Source: a virus
Strand: one strand, 5' to 3'
Length of the DNA: 64,000 bases
UHGV virus genome: UHGV-1372779
Position numbers and translations under genes: made by a program. The notes below the pieces were generated by a model. That model ran no database searches. It was not told the DNA's origin and worked only from the letters and a program-made list of their open reading frames with translations. Positions 1-10,444 of this stretch are shown piece by piece (the first letter of the stretch is position 1; every line of letters begins with the position of its first letter).

Positions 1-406
1 CAGAGAAGTTATTATCTGATAATACTTTGTCTCCGTCTTTATCGACCTTGTTAGCTAAAGTTGTTTCTATGTTAGAAATTTTAGCTACTTGTTCTTTTTC
101 TTGATTTGTATAATCATTAGTTGAGAGACCTTTTCCTTCTATTTTATCTACTTTAGTATTTAGTTTTTCTTGTGTTAATTGCTCTAAGTCAGAGATAGAA
201 TTATTAACTGATGTTTCTAGATCATTTAATTTCTTATCAGTGTCTTTTTCTAGATTAGAGATACTTTCAGTGACTTCTTTTTGTAGTTCAGTAACTTCCT
301 CCTTAGAAGCTGTTTCTGAAAGGTTTCCATTTAGTTTAACTACAATGTCTCTTAAAGTATCTCCTCCCTGATTATGGGGAGGGATACCAATTTTAAATTT
401 TTCCAT
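1..406 (-). CDS. Tail fibre-like protein, N-terminal part (C-terminus lies beyond window start)
   Basis: ATG at 406 on minus strand, open to position 1. N-terminus MEKFKIGIPPHNQGGDTLRDIVVKLNGN resembles the N-terminus of the 2230-aa fibre (MERFRIGRYPFNFQGDLLRDVVVKLNYN). Contains VDKxEGKGLSTNDYT phage-fibre repeat motifs. Confidence 0.5.
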   Translation of the reverse strand, partial: MEKFKIGIPPHNQGGDTLRDIVVKLNGNLSETASKEEVTELQKEVTESISNLEKDTDKKLNDLETSVNNSISDLEQLTQEKLNTKVDKIEGKGLSTNDYTNQEKEQVAKISNIETTLANKVDKDGDKVLSDNNFS

Positions 407-435
407 AGAATTTTAATTAAAATTATGATTATATA

Positions 436-3400
436 TTATGAAGTTTTAAGAGCTTCTAATTGTTCTAATACCCATTCTTGAGTAGCTAATTTTTTTATTG
501 CTGACGCACCTAAACTTGATCCCCAGTAAGCACCATCAGATTTAATAAGAATGCAAGAATTATCACTTGATCTTTGGATAAAAGGTCCTCCACTAGTTTC
601 AGACCATCCAACTAAGAATCTATTGTAACCTTGTACTCTGAAGATTTGGATTATATCAGTTCCATCAGGGTTATGATTATTAATTACAAAAGGAGTTGAA
701 CCATTTCCACTGATAGTTAATGGGCCAATTTGACCTCCTCTTTCTGTAATTATTTCATATTTTGCCCCAGTTGTTATTTGATGATATAATTTTTGATCAG
801 CAGCAGTTCTTAAAGTCACATGTGTTGCCGCACTATTTCCTACTACTACTCCACCATCGTTGGAGAACCAGTACCATATTCCTCCTTTAGTACAGTTTCC
901 AATACCTCCACCAGCTCCTTCACTTCCAGCATAGAAATCTAAACTTTCTCCTGTAGATAATGCTCCTCCTTTTGATGTGAGTACATTATATTCGGTAACT
1001 GTCACGTCTTCGCCTGCTGTATATGCTTTAGTTTCTCCTACACCTAAGGTTAAAGCTCCAGCATGTATTTTTAGATAAGTTGGAGTTCCTGTTGTTGCGT
1101 ATGGGACATTATATCCAGCTTTCCCCATATTAGGATTGATAAATCTATACAGTACTAATGCTCCAGAAGAATATTCTGAACCCATTCCTCCTCCCATAGT
1201 TCCTGCGTAATATAGACCATATCCTAACTGACCATTAGTAATATTATTAGAGTATCCTACTAACATAGCAGTATCTGATTGGATTCTTCCTGATGAAAAT
1301 ATTCCGCCACTAGGTACTAAAGTTGTATTTGAATAATTAGGTGATACTAATAATGAACCAACTTTTAATTTTTTAGCTGTTCCGGTGTTTAATAAGCCTA
1401 TTTCATCAGCATTTCCTTCTAAGTGCATTCCAGTGCCACCAAAGTAATAATTATTAGCATAAATGTTAGCTGTATACACTTTTTGGAATGCCCACTCACT
1501 TGTACCTAATGATGACATACCTCCTGATGATAGATCAACCTTTGAATTAGGAATAAATCCAGCTGTTGGAGATCTTAGCCATGTTAATTCAACACTATTC
1601 TCAATAGACCATAATCCAGGGTAAGCACCTTCACCTATAACATATCCTGCTGGCTTTTCATCTGCAGTTATTACTCTCTTCCAGTTGGATGAATCACCGT
1701 ACCCTAGGTTGTTGGGAGTTCGGAAGTACATGTAACGAGTACTACCAGCGACATTATGATTAACGTCAAAGGCAAGTTGAGGCATTAATGAGAGTGAACT
1801 TCCTGATCCACTACCCCATATTTGGAGAACTGTACCATATTGCATATTAGTCGGACCGTTTATCCAGTAAGAAGGTCCTGTGTAATTATATGCAAGTTTA
1901 CCCTTATCTGGTCCTACTAAATCTATGTTTAAATCATAGGATGTTTTGTCTTCATGAACGAACCCGTAAGTCCACTTAGTGTTAGGTATGACAGATTCCC
2001 AGTTGAATTCATCAAGTATTTTATAATTAGTAGAGTTTTTAGTATGATATAAATCACTGTCTCCACTTCTGATATATGTTACTCCAATAGCTCTACCTAG
2101 ATGTTGTGAATCAGCATTATTATACAAAATAAGAAAAGTATCAGTTCCTGAATCTACCAACTCCCATGATGATGGCACATATAATTTATCTGGATAGAAT
2201 TTATATTGAGCAGAATAATATGCTACATCTCCTAACCCTATGTAAGCATACTTAGCATTAGTATCATTCCCGTATCCTGCGAACCTAATCATAGAATTTT
2301 GATTACTATTAGCCTTTAAACTTAAACCACGATCCCATCCCTCACCTTCTGAAACTGATAAATTAACTGTAACATCATTATCTGAACCTATTATAAACGA
2401 CCCAACGTTAAACTGTCCAGCAGTGAAGGAGTTATTACCTGTAAAGACATTATCTCCAGACTTTGTTACTGGATCTGAGAGGTTGCTAGCATCCCATATC
2501 TTATAATCAGTTAATCCCTTTCTATGAATCAAATCCACGGCTCCACTCCTTATCTTGGTGGTTCCTGATGAACGACCAAAAGTAGCAAGACTTTCACCTT
2601 CCAAATTAATAATAGTGTTATTTAAATCTTTCAAACACCATATTGATGGAACATTCCAACTTATTATATCAAACTTGTATTGTGCAGTACGAGAAGGAAC
2701 TCTACCAAAACGGAGATAAAAGTAATCAACATCACCTTCACTACCCCAACACCCGATCGAAACTGGGATTTTTCCAAGATTATTGTTGGTCCACGTAATA
2801 CCACTTTCAAAATTACTAGTTTCTGGTATGTGTATTACCATTGATCCTTCACTCAATACCTCTAACGGACCCACTGAAAAATTTCCTGCGACGAAACTGT
2901 TAGTCCCGGTGAAAGCGTTATTCCCTGATTTAGTAACAGGATCAATAAGATTATTTCCATCCCAAATCTTATATTCTGAACCAGATGTATAATGTACTAA
3001 ATCAGAATTAGAATATAAAACAGTCTTACCACTTGCTACTCCAACTCCTAATACATTATTACTGTCTAATCCTAGAACAGTTCTGTTATTCCCTTCTGAA
3101 TCTTTAATTATATACCCAGAATTATTAGGAGTTATAAATGCAGATCCTTCTATTTGAGCATCAGATGATAGAATATTCTCTTCTGATCCAGATACCTTAG
3201 TGCCATTAGCAAAATATAAATCACCTGTTAATTTATTCTCTGAACCAGCTGATAAGGGCAGATAATCAGTTAATACTACTTTCTTATAAGTACCATCATC
3301 CGATAGAAATCTATTACCTGTTCCAGATTTAGGCAAGGCAAAAAAATTCTCTTGAACAAAAATAGAACTTCCCGCAGTAATTTGAACACCATAATTTGCA

Positions 3401-6400
3401 ATATTTAAATCTAAAATTGCAGATCTGGAACCAGGAGTAGTACTAGTTATATAACTAGCAAATAATATTACTGAATCTCCAATAGAGGCAACAGCATTTA
3501 CTAATCTAAGTTCTGGCTCACTTCCAAATTTAAGATAAATATCTCTTCCAGATTTATGAGCCTGATAAATTTCTGTTATTTCTTCAGAAGTATATACTTT
3601 TTCTGTATCATTTATATCAATAACTATAGGCGATATAGAAGGAACTTGAATTTCTTTATATGTACCATCATTAGATAAATACTTATTTCCATTCCCAGTA
3701 CCTATAAGATTAGTATACTCACTACTAACTTGAATAGAACTACCTTCAGATAATTCATATTTATAGGAGATTAATATAGTATCTAATCCTGTATCTCCTG
3801 ATTTTTTCTCATGTAATATTTTAGGAACATAAAAACTTAAATAAGCCATTCCTTCTCCCTGACCTCTTTGTCCTACAACTTCTGTTGCTCTTATTATATT
3901 TTCTCCATCCAATATAAAGATAGGAACTCCTTTTGAATAAGCTTCTAATATACTATGTATTTCTTCTCTAGTGTATACTTTATTATCCTCTGAATCTATA
4001 ATTATTGGGGATATAGAAGATTCTATTTCCTTATAAGTTCCATCATTGGATAAAAATTTAGTTCCATTACCTAAAGAATCTAATACAAAATCCCTATCTC
4101 CATTAAACATTAAAGTAGGATCTTTTAATGTTACAGTATTATTAGCTTTGTCTAGTAAATAAGTGCCTACACTAATCATTGCATAATTTATACTGTTTCC
4201 TGCAATTATATTAAGAGAAATTATTGTATCACTTATAGGAATTACTGTACAAGGATAAATAGTTCCATTTACATTTAAATAAATCGCATACTTAGATTCT
4301 GCCTTTTCTTTAATCTCATCAAAATAATTTAATAATTCTGAATTATCATTGAATTGAGGTATAATATAAACTTTATCTAATAAGGACTCTTTAATACTAA
4401 ATTCTCTATAAGGAACCTTATTCTCATCTTCTTTTTTATCTCCTATATCAAATTGTTCTTTATTAGGCAGTGGAATTTCAGTAACATATTCTTTTAACCA
4501 TGCAGGATTATATAATCCTCCATAAGGCATTACACTTGAATTTGAAGGATAGGGATAAATTGTCGGATAGTTTTCTACTATTATTTCATTATTTTCAACT
4601 TTATGAGAACTGAAAGTTAAATAGAAATACTTATCGACTCTATAAGAGGATAAAGAAGGGTTTGCAAAATTTGACAAAGATCCATCAGGGATTCTACAGT
4701 TAAACTCTAAATAATTCCCATTCATTGACATTTGAACATTTAGAGGCAAAATTTGTGAATATCTTATATTTAAATTCTCTTTGTCCGCATCTGGCATATA
4801 GCCTCCTATCGCTGGGTTCTTTAAAAAGCAAGTTCTTATAAATATCGGAGTTCCTTCTTTAACTGCTTGGATAAATTTATTCCAAAAATCTAAGGTATAA
4901 AATTTAGGGTAAAGAACAAAACTCGGATATTTATCATAATCCACACCTGCGAAATCCCCATATCTAGACATATTTGAATACATTTGACTTAAAGCTCCAT
5001 AAATAGTATAGATGCCTCCAGTTCCTGTAACATTGGGATTCTCTTGCTCAGCAAATGTCATGTCCCAAACAAAGCTTCCTCCTTTAACTTCTAAATATTC
5101 ACCATTATCAGATAAATATTTATTACCTTCTCCACTAGTAATAATCTTATCAACTTTAGATTTATCAGAATCAGAATAATCATTACTAGATAATCCCTTA
5201 CCTTCTTCTTTGTCAACCTTCCGATTTAATAACTCCTTAATATCATTAATCTCTTCTCTAGAAATATTATCTCCATACTTAATACCTTGGAACATAATAT
5301 ATCTATTATCAGTAATGAAGTATAAAGTACCTTGATCTATCTCATTTAAAGATGAATATTCTTGAGAAGTTACATATTTTAACTTAATTTCTTGATCTTC
5401 TCCATCCCATTTAAATTGGGCTACTAACCCATCTTCAGTTTTAACTAATCGAACTCCACTATCACTTTTAGCTAAAACTAAATTAGCTTGAAGTCCTATA
5501 CTTGTTTGGATTAATTCAACAGTAGGAAGAGGATTAGAGTTATCTAATGATATACTAGAAGGTCTTTTTATAATAATAACATGAAATGTACTTTCAATAG
5601 TAATCTCAGTTGTAGTAGTTCCGTCTGTAATGACTAAGAAAATATCCCTATTAGTGAAATTTAAATACTCTTGTCTTATAACTGAATATGTAATAACATT
5701 AATAGGCTCAGCAGCTCTAAGACTGAATGGAGAAACATCCGATCTATTTATAGAATTTAAAACAATGTGTCTATTATTTATAATAGCATTAGCTATTTTA
5801 TTATAAATTTCTTCAGTTACATATTCTACTTGTAGATCCTCTATGTTTATAATCTCAATATCAGAGAATATAATTCCTTCTCCAGTTATTTCTACAAATG
5901 TTCCATTATCCATAAGAGCCTTGTTTCCGGCCCCAGTTAGTTCTGGATAACTGTCTAACTTATTCTTTCTTGCTTCAGTTAAATCATATGTAGATAATCC
6001 TTTTCCTTGAACCTTATCAACTTTGTTAATAATAGTTCCTACTAATGTTTTTTCTTCACTTGTGTAATCATTACTGGATAATCCTTTTCCAGGCTCTTTA
6101 TCTACCTTATTATCCACTGACTCTTTAGTTGCAAGTTCAACTTTCTCAGTTTTGATTAAATTATTGAGCTTGGAGATAATTATATTTTTCTCTGTTAAAT
6201 TATTATCCTTAACTGTTAATATAATCTCATTATCAGTGTCTGATATTAATATGACTGATTTAATTAATCCTGTATTATCAGTAGTATAAATATCTGCATT
6301 ATTCTCTATAGCTAGAACTAATCTATTGTAATTCTCATCTGATATTCTTCCTCCGCTTGGTATATCATTTATTTCTGATAAAATTAAAGTTTCTGAGGAT

Positions 6401-7128
6401 GGAGCTAAAGATTCAGTTAAACTAGGAGATCCTATTAATTCCTTAGTATTAGAATTATATGTAAATTTAACTGTTATTAAATTTTCTCCAGTTATAAATT
6501 TTAGCTCATGTGCTATTTCATTATCTGAAACAATAGTAGATAATATAGATTGATGAGGAATAAGATTAGTAGTTGAAGAATTGTCTTGAATAGATAACTC
6601 AACACTGTTACTATTAGAAGGGTCTTTTAGAGCCTCTCCAACTAATTTTAAATCCTCCTCATCTATAAATTCTAGAGGTTTAGTTCTTATTCTTATAACT
6701 CTAAAACCACTTATATTATATTCTCTTTTACTATTTTCTGAAGTTACATTAAGAATATTACCCTCAGAATCTAAATCGCAAGTAATAATATAAGTACTAG
6801 ATACAATCTTACCATCTTTTATTATAGATCCTTCAAAAATCAAGTTTACTTTATCATCTGAGAACTCTATATCAGAAAGGAAATGATAAATTCCGTCATA
6901 GTAAACATAAACTAAATAATTTAGCTCATTACTTATCTTATCATTTATTACTTGTATTAGCTTCTCAATGTTGTTTATTGTTATTAAATTATCTGGATCA
7001 ATAGAAACTCCTCCTTGTCTAAGAAGATCTTCTATCAATGAGAAATTATAATTTAACTTAACAACAACATCTCTAAGTAAGTCACCTTGAAAATTAAATG
7101 GATACCTACCTATTCTAAATCTCTCCAT
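436..7128 (-). CDS. Giant tail fibre / receptor-binding protein (2230 aa)
   Basis: Six-frame ORF. Repeated VDKxxGKGLSxNDY(T/S) motifs typical of the phage tail-fibre repeat. Gly/Ser/Thr/Asn-rich beta-rich composition. C-terminal modules shared with the 1740-aa fibre (e.g. LGTSEWAF..YYFG..VGSLLVSPNYS). Confidence 0.7.
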   Translation of the reverse strand: MERFRIGRYPFNFQGDLLRDVVVKLNYNFSLIEDLLRQGGVSIDPDNLITINNIEKLIQVINDKISNELNYLVYVYYDGIYHFLSDIEFSDDKVNLIFEGSIIKDGKIVSSTYIITCDLDSEGNILNVTSENSKREYNISGFRVIRIRTKPLEFIDEEDLKLVGEALKDPSNSNSVELSIQDNSSTTNLIPHQSILSTIVSDNEIAHELKFITGENLITVKFTYNSNTKELIGSPSLTESLAPSSETLILSEINDIPSGGRISDENYNRLVLAIENNADIYTTDNTGLIKSVILISDTDNEIILTVKDNNLTEKNIIISKLNNLIKTEKVELATKESVDNKVDKEPGKGLSSNDYTSEEKTLVGTIINKVDKVQGKGLSTYDLTEARKNKLDSYPELTGAGNKALMDNGTFVEITGEGIIFSDIEIINIEDLQVEYVTEEIYNKIANAIINNRHIVLNSINRSDVSPFSLRAAEPINVITYSVIRQEYLNFTNRDIFLVITDGTTTTEITIESTFHVIIIKRPSSISLDNSNPLPTVELIQTSIGLQANLVLAKSDSGVRLVKTEDGLVAQFKWDGEDQEIKLKYVTSQEYSSLNEIDQGTLYFITDNRYIMFQGIKYGDNISREEINDIKELLNRKVDKEEGKGLSSNDYSDSDKSKVDKIITSGEGNKYLSDNGEYLEVKGGSFVWDMTFAEQENPNVTGTGGIYTIYGALSQMYSNMSRYGDFAGVDYDKYPSFVLYPKFYTLDFWNKFIQAVKEGTPIFIRTCFLKNPAIGGYMPDADKENLNIRYSQILPLNVQMSMNGNYLEFNCRIPDGSLSNFANPSLSSYRVDKYFYLTFSSHKVENNEIIVENYPTIYPYPSNSSVMPYGGLYNPAWLKEYVTEIPLPNKEQFDIGDKKEDENKVPYREFSIKESLLDKVYIIPQFNDNSELLNYFDEIKEKAESKYAIYLNVNGTIYPCTVIPISDTIISLNIIAGNSINYAMISVGTYLLDKANNTVTLKDPTLMFNGDRDFVLDSLGNGTKFLSNDGTYKEIESSISPIIIDSEDNKVYTREEIHSILEAYSKGVPIFILDGENIIRATEVVGQRGQGEGMAYLSFYVPKILHEKKSGDTGLDTILISYKYELSEGSSIQVSSEYTNLIGTGNGNKYLSNDGTYKEIQVPSISPIVIDINDTEKVYTSEEITEIYQAHKSGRDIYLKFGSEPELRLVNAVASIGDSVILFASYITSTTPGSRSAILDLNIANYGVQITAGSSIFVQENFFALPKSGTGNRFLSDDGTYKKVVLTDYLPLSAGSENKLTGDLYFANGTKVSGSEENILSSDAQIEGSAFITPNNSGYIIKDSEGNNRTVLGLDSNNVLGVGVASGKTVLYSNSDLVHYTSGSEYKIWDGNNLIDPVTKSGNNAFTGTNSFVAGNFSVGPLEVLSEGSMVIHIPETSNFESGITWTNNNLGKIPVSIGCWGSEGDVDYFYLRFGRVPSRTAQYKFDIISWNVPSIWCLKDLNNTIINLEGESLATFGRSSGTTKIRSGAVDLIHRKGLTDYKIWDASNLSDPVTKSGDNVFTGNNSFTAGQFNVGSFIIGSDNDVTVNLSVSEGEGWDRGLSLKANSNQNSMIRFAGYGNDTNAKYAYIGLGDVAYYSAQYKFYPDKLYVPSSWELVDSGTDTFLILYNNADSQHLGRAIGVTYIRSGDSDLYHTKNSTNYKILDEFNWESVIPNTKWTYGFVHEDKTSYDLNIDLVGPDKGKLAYNYTGPSYWINGPTNMQYGTVLQIWGSGSGSSLSLMPQLAFDVNHNVAGSTRYMYFRTPNNLGYGDSSNWKRVITADEKPAGYVIGEGAYPGLWSIENSVELTWLRSPTAGFIPNSKVDLSSGGMSSLGTSEWAFQKVYTANIYANNYYFGGTGMHLEGNADEIGLLNTGTAKKLKVGSLLVSPNYSNTTLVPSGGIFSSGRIQSDTAMLVGYSNNITNGQLGYGLYYAGTMGGGMGSEYSSGALVLYRFINPNMGKAGYNVPYATTGTPTYLKIHAGALTLGVGETKAYTAGEDVTVTEYNVLTSKGGALSTGESLDFYAGSEGAGGGIGNCTKGGIWYWFSNDGGVVVGNSAATHVTLRTAADQKLYHQITTGAKYEIITERGGQIGPLTISGNGSTPFVINNHNPDGTDIIQIFRVQGYNRFLVGWSETSGGPFIQRSSDNSCILIKSDGAYWGSSLGASAIKKLATQEWVLEQLEALKTS

Positions 7129-7219
7129 TTAGTTTGATTTTAATTATTCATAATTTTTGTACTTCTCTACTTATCTTGCAAATATAGTAAAAACTTAAAG
7201 TCTTTCCAAATATAATATA

Positions 7220-7256
7220 TAGACATAAAAAAAAGAAGAGGATTACTCCTCTTCTT
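7220..7256 (-). terminator. Intrinsic terminator (potentially bidirectional) at end of ORF 7243..7965
   Basis: aagaagagg-attact-cctcttctt with A8 upstream (T8 on minus strand) and a T-run downstream. Confidence 0.6.
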
Positions 7257-7965
7257 TACTTTTTAAAAATCTATGGAAATGCCAAAATGCTTTACCATCT
7301 GGTATACACTCATCCTTTAACCAAGCATGAGCACATTTAGCATATGACTGAAGGTTATCTTGTAAAACTGATGAGAATAAGAAATACATTAGATTTAGTG
7401 CATAAGTCCAATCATGTTTATTAAACTCTTCACCAAATTTAACCCCAAATTTCTCTGCGATTTGCTTAGCTTCTTCACATTTCCATCTAGGCTCTCTTTT
7501 TCCAAAATGTTCAGCTACTTCTTCTAAAGCATCTTCTACATAATCTTCATCAAAATGTGGGCCTTTTATAGCTTTCCATAAATCACATTTTAACATACAG
7601 AATAATTCTGGATCTTCTTTCTTAATCTCTTCAATATATTCCCAAACTTCTTCTTCAAGGTCTTTTAATTCTTCAGGAACTTCTCTATCATCCTCGTCGT
7701 CCTCATCATCAAATCTATTTCTCATAGATCTGTTTCTATTGGATCTTCCATACCTTTCTCTTTCTTCCTCTTCCTCATTCCTTCCAAATCTTCCTCTTCT
7801 ACTATATCTATTCATTCTACTATTGTCTTCTTCATCGTCTTCATCTCTAAAACCTCTTCTAGAGTATCTACTATCTTTTCTTCCAAATCTGTCTTCCATA
7901 TCATGTTTGTGGTAAGGTCTTTTGTTCCGACCCATTTCCTCTAACAGTCTCTTGATTTTTTCCAT
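7243..7965 (-). CDS. Hypothetical zwitterionic low-complexity protein (240 aa)
   Basis: ORF with alternating R/S-rich and D/E-rich blocks (RYSRRGFRDEDDEEDN..RNRFDDEDDEDD) followed by a Cys/His/Trp-containing C-terminal domain. Confidence 0.4.
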   Translation of the reverse strand: MEKIKRLLEEMGRNKRPYHKHDMEDRFGRKDSRYSRRGFRDEDDEEDNSRMNRYSRRGRFGRNEEEEERERYGRSNRNRSMRNRFDDEDDEDDREVPEELKDLEEEVWEYIEEIKKEDPELFCMLKCDLWKAIKGPHFDEDYVEDALEEVAEHFGKREPRWKCEEAKQIAEKFGVKFGEEFNKHDWTYALNLMYFLFSSVLQDNLQSYAKCAHAWLKDECIPDGKAFWHFHRFLKSKEEE

Positions 7966-8470
7966 TGCTTATAAGTTTAGTAAGTTCTTCAATTTTCTTT
8001 TCCAAAGCTAAAAATCTACTATCATCTGGGATATTAGGAGATAAATTAGGTTCCTCACCTAGTAATTCTTTTTCAACTCTCTCACATTCTTCAAGGATTT
8101 TATTATATCTATCTAGAGATTTAAGTTGATTAGTAGCATCAGTTTTTCTGACTCTTATTTCTTGTAATACATCTTCTCTAGTTATACATATTGTCCTATT
8201 ATCAGCTCTAGCTATGGACATCTCTTTAGTTACTGTGAAAGGAAATTGAACTCCATTGAATAATGCTGTGATTGTAATACTCTGAGGAGGTTGTTGGTTA
8301 CCCAATCCGGCCTTCTGCATGAGTTGATACATATTATTCATGTTATCCTTAGGTGGTTCATTAATTACAGAGGATTGTACTAATCCTTTTATATATGTTA
8401 GATCCTTCTTAAATTGATTATAATCAATTAAATATAAAGTATCACCTGGTTTTAATTCTCCAAAATTCAT
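7901..8470 (-). CDS. Hypothetical protein (189 aa)
   Basis: ORF in the structural block. Its start region overlaps the end of the downstream gene, so the true start may be internal. Confidence 0.4.
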   Translation of the reverse strand: MNFGELKPGDTLYLIDYNQFKKDLTYIKGLVQSSVINEPPKDNMNNMYQLMQKAGLGNQQPPQSITITALFNGVQFPFTVTKEMSIARADNRTICITREDVLQEIRVRKTDATNQLKSLDRYNKILEECERVEKELLGEEPNLSPNIPDDSRFLALEKKIEELTKLISNGKNQETVRGNGSEQKTLPQT

Positions 8471-8498
8471 ATGACATAGATTTTTAAATTGTTAATAA

Positions 8499-8924
8499 TT
8501 AAGCTGCGGGTGCTGCTGCTACATTAAATTCTAATGTAACATTTCTTACAAATTTATTAAATGCTCCGTCTGGACATCCACCGCAGGTGTTTATAAATGT
8601 TTCATCTCCTAAAACTGTAGTTTCATCTATTGTTGGCAATGTACCTACTGCTGGAGGATTAGTTAATCTTAATGGAATAGAAATTGTGTAGTTCTTTACA
8701 GTGGTCTTAAGATTACATTCTGTAACAGGTCTATAGGTCATCGTGTGCACTAGCGTATAATTTACTAGGAATGTATCTGAAGTTCCTTGTCTGATTATAT
8801 TCTTTTCCACTACATTAATTAAACTAGAGAATCCTTCTCTTGCTACATTAACTGGGAATCTTTCTACAACTTGTAGATAGGTAACTCCTGTGTCTACAAA
8901 ACCTTTATTATTTATTACACTCAT
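8499..8924 (-). CDS. Hypothetical structural protein (141 aa)
   Basis: ORF followed by a hairpin at 8943..8962. Confidence 0.4.
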   Translation of the reverse strand: MSVINNKGFVDTGVTYLQVVERFPVNVAREGFSSLINVVEKNIIRQGTSDTFLVNYTLVHTMTYRPVTECNLKTTVKNYTISIPLRLTNPPAVGTLPTIDETTVLGDETFINTCGGCPDGAFNKFVRNVTLEFNVAAAPAA

Positions 8925-8979
8925 AACTTATTAATTTAAAGAAAGGGAGATTTCTCTCCCTTAGTTATTATTAATTAAA

Positions 8980-9915
8980 TTAGGCAGGCGTTACAGTTGT
9001 TGAAGCAGCTGCACATCCGCATCCACATCCAGTTTGAGGAGCTATATAAGCTGGAACTGGTCTAGGTGGGATTATACACTCTAAATAAGATAATTTAGTG
9101 TTTATAGGATTGATAAGAGCTTGCAATGCATTGTATTGTTGTAATGTTTGAACATTATTATTTAACTCAGCATTTCTTAATTGTAAGCTTTCGATCTTAT
9201 AATCACATAACATATCTTTCAAGTTTTGGAATCCTTGATTGATAGCAATAGTTTGCTGATCTATCTTAGCTCCTACATTAGCAAACCCAACATTCATATT
9301 ATTATTAATGTTGCAAGTTTGTTCTTGACATCTTAATTGTTCTTGATAACCTAAGCTAGTTAAGTTTAGATTTACAGCATCAATTGATCTTTGAGTTGTG
9401 CAGCAGCATTGGTTAATAGCATTTTCTATACTACATCCTGTAGATTGTACAGTTGTTAAGATTGCACTATTAGATTGGCAGATTTGATTGATTATATCTT
9501 TCTGTCCTAATCCCACTGTTTGAGCAACTTGGTTGATTGCATTTTGAATTGCATTAGTGTCACAATTTAATTGTGTAGCTAAATTCTGTACGAAATTAGC
9601 ATTATCTTTAGAAGCTGTTTGGATAGCTGTTAGTAAGTACTCATTAGATAAAGCTGATTGAACTTCTGGTGTTGATAGAACTCCTCCAAGTCCTCCACCT
9701 CTGTTTCCAAATCCACCCCATCCGCCGTTACAGAAAGCTAAGATGAAGATTAACCAAACTGCCCATTGTCCTCCCCAACCATTATCGTTGTTGTTATTAC
9801 CATCTCTTGTAAGAGCTAGTAACCCAGGAAGATCATTCATTCCACTTGATTTACTCTCAGGAATAAAATTAAAAATGTTAGGCATTCCTTCCATGCCTGC
9901 ACTATAATTTCCCAT
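8980..9915 (-). CDS. Membrane-anchored Q/N- and Cys-rich protein (311 aa)
   Basis: One hydrophobic helix (WAVWLIFILAFC), a Gly-rich GGWGGFGNRGGGLGG segment, a Q/N-rich coiled-coil-like region and a Cys-rich C-terminus (TGCGCGCAA). Confidence 0.45.
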   Translation of the reverse strand: MGNYSAGMEGMPNIFNFIPESKSSGMNDLPGLLALTRDGNNNNDNGWGGQWAVWLIFILAFCNGGWGGFGNRGGGLGGVLSTPEVQSALSNEYLLTAIQTASKDNANFVQNLATQLNCDTNAIQNAINQVAQTVGLGQKDIINQICQSNSAILTTVQSTGCSIENAINQCCCTTQRSIDAVNLNLTSLGYQEQLRCQEQTCNINNNMNVGFANVGAKIDQQTIAINQGFQNLKDMLCDYKIESLQLRNAELNNNVQTLQQYNALQALINPINTKLSYLECIIPPRPVPAYIAPQTGCGCGCAAASTTVTPA

Positions 9916-9940
9916 AATTTAAAATAATTTAAAATTAGAC

Positions 9941-9995
9941 ATAAAAAAACTATCTTCGCGCTATTGATCGTTTTCAATAGTACAAAGATAGTTCA
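9941..9995 (-). terminator. Nested-hairpin terminator downstream of the DnaA-C-like gene
   Basis: Outer actatctt/aagatagt enclosing ctattga-tcgttt-tcaatag. A7 on plus strand gives a U7 tract on the minus strand. Confidence 0.55.
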
Positions 9996-10000
9996 TTTTA

Positions 10001-10309
10001 TTAGGATTTTAAATTATTTTCTATCTGCAATTCACACATGCGATATTTTGTATAGAAGTCTTTATCTAAGCCTTTAAGTGATTCACATTTGTTTACTGAT
10101 CTAATGATTATACTATGATGTTTATCATAGTATCTTGATAATCTATAGAAGGAGATGTAGTACTTAACATGCAATATGTGGAATAATACACTCCTTGCAT
10201 CAGTATGAGATCTAAATTTTCTATTTCCTCTAAGATCTTCTAGAGTTATATTGAATACTTTACAGACTATTTCTTCTATTTTAGGAATAAGGTTCATATT
10301 CTCATTCAT
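10001..10309 (-). CDS. DnaA C-terminal-domain-like HTH protein (102 aa)
   Basis: RSHTDARSVLFHILHVKYY..SFYRLSRYYDKHHSIIIRSV matches the pattern of the DnaA C-terminal DNA-binding domain (R..ARqiAMYL....sl.eIg..fgrdHsTV). Confidence 0.45.
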   Translation of the reverse strand: MNENMNLIPKIEEIVCKVFNITLEDLRGNRKFRSHTDARSVLFHILHVKYYISFYRLSRYYDKHHSIIIRSVNKCESLKGLDKDFYTKYRMCELQIENNLKS

Positions 10310-10331
10310 AATATTATAAGTTTAGATGAAT

Positions 10332-10397
10332 ATTAAATTACTCCCTCAATGTCAAAAAGATTGTATTAAATTACTCCCTCAATGTCAAAAAGATTGT
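10332..10397. repeat. Perfect 33-bp tandem direct repeat x2 (ATTAAATTACTCCCTCAATGTCAAAAAGATTGT)
   Basis: Two exact adjacent copies immediately upstream of the start of the DnaA-C-like HTH gene at 10309 (minus strand). Confidence 0.85.
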
Positions 10398-10444
10398 ATT
10401 TAATATAGATTAATGTTATAATATATGATGAGATATGATATTAA

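Noticed and set aside
10332-10397. Possible CRISPR array
   Set aside because: Only two adjacent identical 33-bp copies with no spacers. This is a tandem duplication, not a repeat-spacer array. No other CRISPR-like periodicity is seen in the window.
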